Positions 54,699 to 64,000 of a DNA stretch of 64,000 bases are shown piece after piece. Both the position numbers and the translations under genes were made by a program. The notes beneath the pieces are model-generated. The model did not search any database. It saw nothing but the letters and a program-made list of their open reading frames with translations, and was not told where the DNA came from. This stretch comes from the human T2T-CHM13v2.0 reference genome, Homo sapiens: NCBI RefSeq assembly GCF_009914755.1, contig NC_060948.1. One strand, 5' to 3'. Position 1 is the first letter of the stretch. Each line of letters begins with the position of its first letter.

Positions 54699-56220
54699 TT
54701 CATTAGCTTATTAAGTTTTTCCTGGGATTCCCAGTCAAATCTGTGAAACAATTTTAAAGCTAGATGTTTTGTAATTATTTCTCCAGAAATCTGGAAATTT
54801 GTCCACAGGCCCACTGGGCATTGTTGATACACTGAAGTCAATTGTCTCAAGCATTTTGCGGATGTCTCTGTAGACACGAGTGTGATTAATAGAAACATAT
54901 ATTATTTTAAAGGTGTTGCTGAATTTACAGTCATTCTGTATTTTTGTCATTTGGTATTTTTTCCTGAAAGATTACATAATTTTACATAATAAAAGTGCAG
55001 CTTGCTTTCTTTATCTAGGTGATCTGTGAAACTTTTTGACACTTAAAAATTGGTTTTAATTGTATTTTGCCATGTTACTTGCAGTTTCAAGGGGGTGAAC
55101 ATAGTGGTGAAAGATTGGGTAGTACAGCAGGATCTAGCCGTATGATTACTAGCCAACCATTAAAAATAATACTTTAGAAGTGATACATTTATTGGTATGA
55201 CCAGGTGTTTACAATATATTGCAGTGGTGTTTCTGCAACCCACAAGAGACCAGCAGCCCAGCTGGGACTCTGAGAGCTTCTAAGATATGTCCCTGGAGTA
55301 AACCAGGCTGCAGCGAGGTCTGTACACTTCTGTATTGTTTACTGACTTATAAATTTGGTTTACGTAGCTAGACTTTGGTGTTGTACAATTATCACACACT
55401 GGGGGTTATTTGAAGAAGTATCCCAAGGAACTGTCTTGTGTGTTTACTGAGGATAGCATTGTATGCAGTGTACAACTTCCTCTTTCTGAGAGAAATTTTG
55501 CACGTGTCAGAAGTCTAGGAGCTGTGTTTCGGATACTTGTATCTTCTTTATTGTTTAGATACTGTGAATCCAGAATCTAACTATAGTTCCTTCTTTGAGG
55601 TCTAGGAAATTTGAATCAGTTTTACAGTTACCTTCCAAGTGATTGCAGGTTCTGTCTGATTGCAAACTTTGGGTACCACCTTCCCCTTATCAGCTTTATC
55701 TCCTTTGTCTTAGCATGATCTTCTCTTGGCCACAGTTTCCTCACCGAATTACTTTATTTTTGCTATTTTATATGTGCTTTTGGAAGCCATGCCAACTTTT
55801 TTCTCTTCTTTTCCTTAGCGGGGAGATAAAAGTGTTTCAGTAGAGGAGAGTGCTGTGGCTTCATGGAGGTTGTTGGTTTGCAGTAACTTTTGAATTCCGG
55901 TATTTTAACGACATCTTATGCTAATCTAGCTGCTTCCTGTTGAAGTATATCAGGACAAAGTATATTTCTAAATTTATTATGATGAATACTCTATTAAATT
56001 TACTATGATACATAGTCTTAAAAGCAGCCGAATTTAACATTCAGAACTGAATGATAAAGTTCCTTAATATGAGTTTAGAAAAGATTCATAATGATTAATG
56101 GAGCTCCTGCATTATCGAATTTTACTGGAATAAAAAAAATTATTAGGCTTGTAGTGGAAATTCTTTTATATCTCCGTTACTGCTGAGGAACAGTTTCCTC
56201 TAAACCCCTCATAGCCTTGA

Positions 56221-56572
<352 letters not shown>

Positions 56573-58539
56573 TAATGTTTGTTGAAAAGCAGGAAATGAA
56601 AATGAGGTATTGGAAGTAAAAGTTTTTTTTGTGTCCCATGAAACATGTATAACACATTGCTGCAGAAAGAGTGCTTAGTTATTTCTCAAATTATACAAAG
56701 GAAATATTTGCAACCTCTTCTATCATCAGTGCAGCAGTCCCAGTTGTTCTCTGTTAATCATAGCTGACAAAAATGCCCTCCAGTTTATTGCTTTGATGAG
56801 CCAGATGGTAGGCTCTGTGTTTTACATGTAATATCTCTATTCCTTCCATCGTCTGCCTAACCTAGATATCCTTCATCCCATTTTTATGAGACTCATGGGT
56901 TCTTGTCTGGGATCCCACACCTAGTAACTGACAAGATTGCAAACTAGTTCTGTCACCTGTGGAGTTTCATGACAAAGACAATTCTAGGCGATGTTGGTAT
57001 AGTGTTCTCTGCATGCCAGGGGGATTCTGTGCTCTTTCCATGTGTGAATGATGGCATCTGCTAACTTTGTTGGGAGAGTTCAGTTATCCTCTCTGTACAG
57101 GTGAGAACAGGAGGTACTGAAGACATCTGGCCCAAGAATACTATCGCTGGCATGGGGTGGGTGGTGATTCCCCCGCAGTCCTTCTGGCCCAGAATGCATG
57201 CTGTTTGTTGTCAGGCCAGCTGCATCTCAGATAGAGTGACAGGATCTGTTCATGTCACAACCAGAAAAGGCTCTGAGGCCAAGCTCCCTGTGTTGCTTCT
57301 TACTTTCATTCTGGAATCAGAGGTTCGTACCTGGAAGACTTACCTCTGCGTGGACAACTGGTAAGGTGTCACAGAGGGTGAGGTGGGCCATTGTAGCAGA
57401 GAGTTGTTAAGAGATGGACACATGGGTTTTCTCACAGGGTGCCAGGCTGGGGAATGGGAAACCATTTAAGGGACGTTGCTACTAGCCTAGACCAAAGATG
57501 AGGGGTGGGTCTAGACAGATTACACAGTGTTCATTAAGCAGGTGTAGACAGATTGCAGGGCTATTTGTGAAGCTGATTTGCTGGGGTTCTTTGGGGGTGG
57601 AAAACCTCTTATGTATGTTCATCCCACCTCCTGTTGTTGACAGATGACACCTGCACAATCAGGTCCTCCTAATTCCTCCCACCACCCAAAGTGAAATACA
57701 CAAGTCCCAGAGAACTATGTCATTCTTACCAATGTGGGCAATGTAGGATGTCAGAAACATCATCCACCCCAAGTTATGACAATCTTGAACATCTCCAGAC
57801 ATTGTCAAATGTCTCTTGGAGGGGGCACAATTATCCACAGTTGGGAACACAGGCCTAAATGCTTGGGGCCAGGGCTGACCCACTCGGTGTAGGCTAGAAC
57901 AGAATTCCCGATGACTCATCATTAGGACATTTGACACCCCCCACCTATCACCTTTTTAAAACATTTCCACTCTTGGTAAAGGTTGGGGCTTAGAAGTCAT
58001 TATGAAGACAATCATTTCCAGAGGGGTGAGAATCAGAAAGCTGGCTACTTCGGGTCTCTGCCTTGTAGGAGTTCCAGAGTGTCTTTATGAGTAGAGTGAA
58101 GCTCCAGTATTTATATGAGTGTTGGGGTTGTTTGGTGGTACAGAGTAATGCAGAAGGAGAGAACTGGGGAACTGTTCACCACCACCCAAATAGGCTACAG
58201 AGAAGAAGTCCAGGAGACTTATACTGCAACGGAGACAGGAGCACTGTGGCCGGAAGAGTGACATCCGGGTTTTCTGTGAGTGCTAATTTCTTCTGCTAGA
58301 ATGAGCACAGAAACATGTTCTCTGGAGTGAAAGTGGAACATTGTGTGGTTGATACGTGTGCAGCTGCCCATAGCAGCTCTTCCTGATGGTCTGAATATGG
58401 AGGGTGGCAGTTGGAGCAAGTTTGGTTTTTGAATAGACATGTACATGTGCCTGTGTGTGCATGCACGTACATGTTGTATATGTGTGTGCATTAGCACCCA
58501 GTTCCTGAATTGGCTAATCATTTTTTTTCCTCTTTATAG

Positions 58540-58570
58540 GCATTGATGTCCTAGGTTGTAAGGTGCTAAG
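58540..58570 (+). other. TBL1Y: 31-nt internal, non-coding (5'UTR) exon, probably of TBL1Y
   Basis: Branch point GGCTAAT (58512-58518), then TTTTTTTTCCTCTTTATAG|GCATTGATGTCCTAGGTTGTAAGGTGCTAAG|GTAAGT. The gene name rests on my recollection of the Yp11.2 HML-2 provirus lying in TBL1Y upstream of a short 5'UTR exon; not verified. Confidence 0.7.
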
Positions 58571-59229
58571 GTAAGTGAATAAATTTGTCTGCTTGTGTTT
58601 AATGGCTTTGCCAAAGGGATTTGCTGGCTGTTTTGTTATATGATATTGAAGCTAATACAATTGACCTTTCCAGGTGAAGAGGGAGTCAGATGTGTTTTGC
58701 AAATGGTGGAAACTGAAGTGTGAATAGCAGGACCATATGGTGTTCAGAAACTTTTATCATAACTACAGTGAATAAATAAAGTGCCTGACAATTACATTTA
58801 GAATCATGCTTCGTCCTCATGCAAAATGTAGACAGCGCTTTGAGACACAAGGGAGAGATTAATTAGGATTCTTTTCTACCTCATGATGCAGTATGTTATC
58901 CGTGAACAAAAAATAGATTTGTATTATGTGAGGATTATCTTTCTAAAGATTGGAGTTGGATCTGTGGGGAGAGATTTGAATTGCTCTTGATTGACAATTT
59001 GATGAATTTGAAAGATCATTTTATCCTACTTAAAATGTATTATCTTTACATGTGATTTTTTTTGTCTCTAAAGATTAGTTTCTCCCTCTAAAGATTAGTT
59101 TTATGACACAAAATTTATTTTATCACTGTAATTTAAATAATAGCAAATGCTTAGAAACATACTATGCAACTGATAGCTTGTTAAAACTTTGTCGGTATTT
59201 TATTTAGAAGTAGTGATTTTGCCAGTTAG

Positions 59230-59555
<326 letters not shown>

Positions 59556-60013
59556 GTGAAAAGTGCAGTATTTTTTATTAAGCCTCATAAGACATAAGCC
59601 TCACAAGAGGAAGTCAAGTTTGTGCGTCTTTAGTGTCTGCTGTTCTCCTTATTTGAATAGCTCGTATGTTTAACCCTGAATTTGTAAATGCTACAAGCAT
59701 AAAAAGATTCCATGTTCTATAGGAACTACTGGATATGAAATGACTTATCTAAAGAGTAGACTAAGACATTTCTCCGTTAATCTTTACATAGAAAAATGAA
59801 TGATTTTTCCTGAATATTTGTTTCCCTTTACATACAGTGTTACTATGTCTGTTTCTCTTTGTCATAGAAAAAAAGTGATTTTCTTTGGCTTTTGATTTTG
59901 TTGTGTATTTGTTTTAAATACAAACCTATTGTATGCTTGCTGTATTCTAGATGGGGGTGGGGAGAGAAAGAAAGATACAGAGAGAGAGAAAGAAATAGAG
60001 AGATGCTACACAC

Positions 60014-60480
60014 TTTGTTTTTTGAGACAGAGTCTTGCTCTGTCACCAGGCTGGAGTGCAGTGGCACAGTCTCGGCTCACTGAAACGTCCACCTCCCAGG
60101 CTTAGGCGATTCTCCTGCTTCAGCCTCGTGAGCAGTTGGGACTACAGGCATCCGCCACCACACCCACCTAATTTTTGTATTTTTAGTAGAGAGGGAGTTT
60201 CACCATGTTAGCCAGGCTGGTCTCAAATTCTTGACCTCAAGTTATTTGCTTCTGAAAGTGCTGGGATTACAGGCATGAGCCACCATGCCTGGCCACTACA
60301 CACTTTTAAACAATGAGGTCTCATGAGAACTCTGTCACAAGATAGCACTACAGGGATGATTTTAAACCATTAGAAACTGCCTCCATGATTCAGTCACCTC
60401 CCACCAAGTCCCACCTCCAACATAGGAAATTGGAGTTTGACATTAGATTTGGGTGGGGACAACAGAGCCAAACCATATGA
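60014..60480 (-). mobile_element. AluS (60014-60294, TSD CTACACACTTT) inside an MST/MLT MaLR LTR remnant
   Basis: After the Alu: TCTCATGAGAACTC...TAAACCATTAGAAACTGCCTCCATGATTCAGTCACCTCCCACC...GAGCCAAACCATA. Confidence 0.75.
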
Positions 60481-61164
60481 AAGCTGTATTGAAAAGTGAT
60501 TCCCAGTCATGTGGATAGAACGATAGGCTCATGTGGTTTGAAATGGGTATACAGAAGATTTGCAGTTTGGTTTTATTCTACTTTCTATCTAGGTTCTTGG
60601 CACTAGAATGCCTGGAAAAGGATTTGTTTTATCTGCGGTATTTATGGAATGAATAAAAGCATTCAAGGAGAATGCCCTGGCTGGCCTCCTAGCTTCCTCT
60701 AGAGCATCCAGTATACAGAAGAACTGGTTCTTACCACAGCATGTGGAAAGACACATGGAGTAGTTGGCTTGCCATACAAGGAAGTTGCTGTCAGGGGCCT
60801 TGCTGTTCATTTTAGGTGTTTGGTGCTTGATTCTATTAGCCTATATATTACTCTTTTCCTAAGTACCTCAGTAGCTCCCCAAAGTGGAAATGAGCATTGT
60901 TCATAGTTCGGGGGCATAAGACCCATGTTTATGCACAAAGGGATGTTCCTGCTTATGTGATAACCATTCTACAAGGTCCTTGAGCTCCTGCAAGGAACCA
61001 TAAGGAATAAAATCATAGAATTATTATGAAAATAGTAATGGTGGGATATGGAAATTATACTAAATTTTTTCCTCTGAAACTAAGTGGAATGTCACCTGAG
61101 AGTTGGTGCTGAAGGCAGACCTGATTTTTCTGTTTTTAAAGCATTTTTGTCATAGTCGTTGTAT

Positions 61165-61320
61165 TTGTGCTGTTCTAATATGGCAGCCACTAGCGGCATG
61201 TGACTGTTTAAGCTTAACTAAAATTAAGTAAAATTTAAAATTCAGTTTGTCAGTCACATTAGTCACATTTTGAATGTTCAGTAGCCACTTGTGTCCAGTG
61301 CGTACCTTATTAGAAAAGGA
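61165..61320. mobile_element. MER3/MER33-like hAT remnant, followed by old L1M ORF1-region remnants (~61330-62460)
   Basis: TGCTGTTCTAATATGGCAGCCACTAGC..CATGTG...AAAATTCAGTT...GTAGCCACTTGTG. Confidence 0.6.
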
Positions 61321-62499
61321 AGATATAGTGCAGAAAGTTTTACTTGACCAGAGGAACAATTCAGACATTTGCCTAGTTGGAATTCCAGGGAAGAGAGGGA
61401 AAAATATTTTAAATCTGAAGAAGAAAGAAATTTCACACCAGGAACTACAAAACAATGCATACAAATTAACCACATCAAAATATTATACCGCATCAAAGCT
61501 CATCATCATAACATCTTAGAATATTAAGATCTGTCACTTTCCTGAATTTTTCAAAAAAAGCAAATGAAGGATATTGGAATCAAAATTACATCAGATTGCT
61601 TAACATTAACACTAGAAGTCAGAAAAAAGACCTAACATGGACTTCTTTGAAAATAATATTACTCTGAGAATTTTGAAGTTGTTCCTGTCCTAATTGTTAA
61701 TTAATGATTTCCTTCAAATTTTGAAGTTATTCACATCAATTAATAATAATAATTAGTTATTCATCATTAATTGTTAATTAAGGGTAGAATAAAGGTGTTT
61801 GTCCACATTGAGGATATCAGTAAAAATTAACTTTCACATGGAAATTCTTAGAAAACTAATAAAGAATATATTCCACCAAAGTGAGGGAGTTAACCCAGTA
61901 TGAGGGAGGTTTAGGATCCTGCAGATAAAGGAAGAAGGAATTCTCAAACGTTGGGTGTTTTCAGGGCAGTGGCTCTTGCAGTACAGACTACAGACTAGAG
62001 CAGGAAACAAGAAATTTCCAAAGGAAAGTCTGGTGTGAGTTTATTGGTTAGGGGTGGGAGGGATGGGGAGGGTGTTGGTGGAGAAAGGAAACACTGACCA
62101 ATTATCTGAGAGTTTTGGTCCTGTGAAAAGTGTAATTGAGACTGTTAGAGAGTGTTGAAAGAATTATCAAATGGTACACAAAAGACTGGAATAAAAACAA
62201 AGGCAACTGACAACTCCAGGAGAATGCAAAAAGTATATAAGAAAGAAATGATTACTGCTCAGTAGTGCCCATTTATAATATTGTGAAAATACATGTGTAA
62301 TATATGATATAGCCAAAACCAGGTTATATGAGAATATTGAAAACTTACCATTGAAAATGGGAAGGTCAGTACAGAATTGGCCGTGGGAATATAGAAAAAC
62401 AAAAGTCCTTACTGTATGTATGAAAATCAGTAAGTGGTATCGAAAATCGATTTCTTAATTGGAGTATCATCAGCAAATTATTTAGAAACATAGAAGTTT

Positions 62500-62800
62500 G
62501 GCTGGGTGTGGTGGCTCATGCCTGTAGTGTCAACATTTTGGGAGGCCAGAGGGGGAAGATTGCTTGAGCTGAGGAGTTTGAGACTAGCCTTGACAACACA
62601 GTGAGACCATGTCTCTAAAAAAAATTTTTTTAATTAGCCTAGTATGATGGCATGCCCCTGTGGTCCCAACTACACAGGAAGCCGAGAGGGGGGACTGGTT
62701 GAGTCCAGGAAGTCAAGGATGCGGTGAGCTATTACAGTGCCACTGCTTTCCAGCCTGCGTGACGGTGAGACCCTGTCTCCAAACAAACAAACAAACAAAC
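62500..62800 (+). mobile_element. AluJ
   Basis: GGCTGGGTGTGGTGGCTCATGCC...GATTGCTTGAGCTGAGGAGTTTGAGAC, with a (CAAA)n tail. Confidence 0.85.
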
Positions 62801-63016
62801 CATGGAAGTCTATATACAGGGAACACCACCATCACCAAAAATAGTTCTAAGATTTGAAAGTGGTTGCTTTGGGAAGTGAAAATGGGGATAGATGATGCTG
62901 AAAGACTTGTAATTAATAAAAGGAGTCTTTTTGCTTCACCTGCACTTACTTTTTAAAACTTTATATGTGTATTACTTTGTGAAGAATAAAGTGCTTTGAA
63001 AAATAAAAGTGTAGAG

Positions 63017-63389
63017 CAGGGATTGCCAACCCTTTGAAAAATAAAAGTATAGAGCAGGTACTGGCCTATGGCCTGTTAGGAACCAGGCTGCACAACAGGA
63101 GGTGAGCTGCATGTGGGCCAGTGAGCTAGTGAGCGATTACCACTTTAACTCTGCCTCCTGTCAGAGCAGCAGCAGCATTAGATTCTTATAGGAGTGTGAA
63201 CCCTATTGCAAACTGTATGTGTGAGGGATCTAAGTGTCATGCTCCTTATGAGAATGTAACTAATGCCTGATGATCTGAGGTGGAACACTTTCATCCTGAA
63301 ACCTCCCCCTGCCCACCACCCCCTGTTGGTGGAAAAAATTGTCTTCCACAAAACCAGTCCCTGGTGCCAAAAAGGTTGGGCACCGCTGG
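63017..63389 (+). mobile_element. MER1B hAT transposon, with a MER20 remnant nearby (~63440-63552)
   Basis: CAGGGATTGCCAACCC...GGCCTGTTAGGAACCAGGCTGCACAACAGGAGGTGAG...CCTGGTGCCAAAAAGGTTGGGCACCGCTG. Confidence 0.8.
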
Positions 63390-64000
63390 TATATGGTATA
63401 CCCTCTGTAGAATTGTAGAATTGTAGAAATTTTGGCAGATGCTAACCTAGATGCCGGTGGCATTCCTCCCTGAATCCTGACAACTAAAAATGTTTCTAGA
63501 CATTGCCCTGTGTCTCTTGGGGGTCAAAATCTCCTCTCTTTTAGAACCACTGATTTCAAGGATTTTAAAGTGCATTACTAAATACACATCAATATATAAT
63601 AAACATGCTGTTTGATATTGGTAATACAGGAAACAGTAGCTTCTTTTTATAGAACTTGAACCCTGGAGCAAATGAAGTGGTTCAGAATCCTCTGGCACTA
63701 TAGTACCATTGATGCTTATACTGGTACATATATTAGTCAGAGTCTGGCTTTATGCCCGACTAACTCAGGGTTTACTAAGAAAGGAAAAGGGATCAGGAGG
63801 AACCCACAGCTTCTCTGTCATGATTCGTGGCTTCCAAAAACGTATTTTAGGTGTCTCATGTTGCTTTTATGGTACAACTTCTCTAGAGTTGAAAATATTA
63901 ATCATTATGGCAAAAATATTGCACCTTTTATATGTATTCCAGTGCTCGGTTGGCTGCAGGACAAATCGTTTTCCCTCCAGAGTTGTTTTGTAAGTTCTTT

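Overview
Primate, almost certainly human, genomic DNA. It is repeat-dense, largely intronic, and has no intact host protein-coding exon. One 31-nt internal exon on the + strand (58540-58570) has a strong branch point, acceptor and donor. That exon, together with a ~7 kb minus-strand HERV-K(HML-2) LTR5A provirus lacking its 5' LTR about 20 kb upstream, matches my recollection of the 5' part of TBL1Y (Yp11.2). This locus call is from memory and needs BLAT confirmation. The main structure is a ~19.6 kb nested composite (26651-46288) bounded by MER4A LTR ends and a 4-bp TSD. It contains an unidentified polyadenylated retro-insert, itself holding an AluY and an internally deleted L1PA that keeps an open ORF0. 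It also contains rearranged HERV-I/HERVIP10 gag/pol/env fragments with LTR10, and a type-2 HML-2 provirus whose RT domain was deleted at an 8-bp microhomology. Elsewhere are three LTR12 solo LTRs, each nested in an older repeat, plus LTR3, MER52, THE1, MLT/MST, ~35 Alus and old L1/L2/MIR/DNA-transposon remnants. Most ORFs in the track are repeat-derived or spurious. I see no demonstrably new biological system. The best leads are the microexon uORF, the gene-sense L1 ORF0/antisense promoter, the orphan retro-insert and the clustered microhomology/templated-insertion scars. Repeat family names come from recalled consensus sequences, not a database search.
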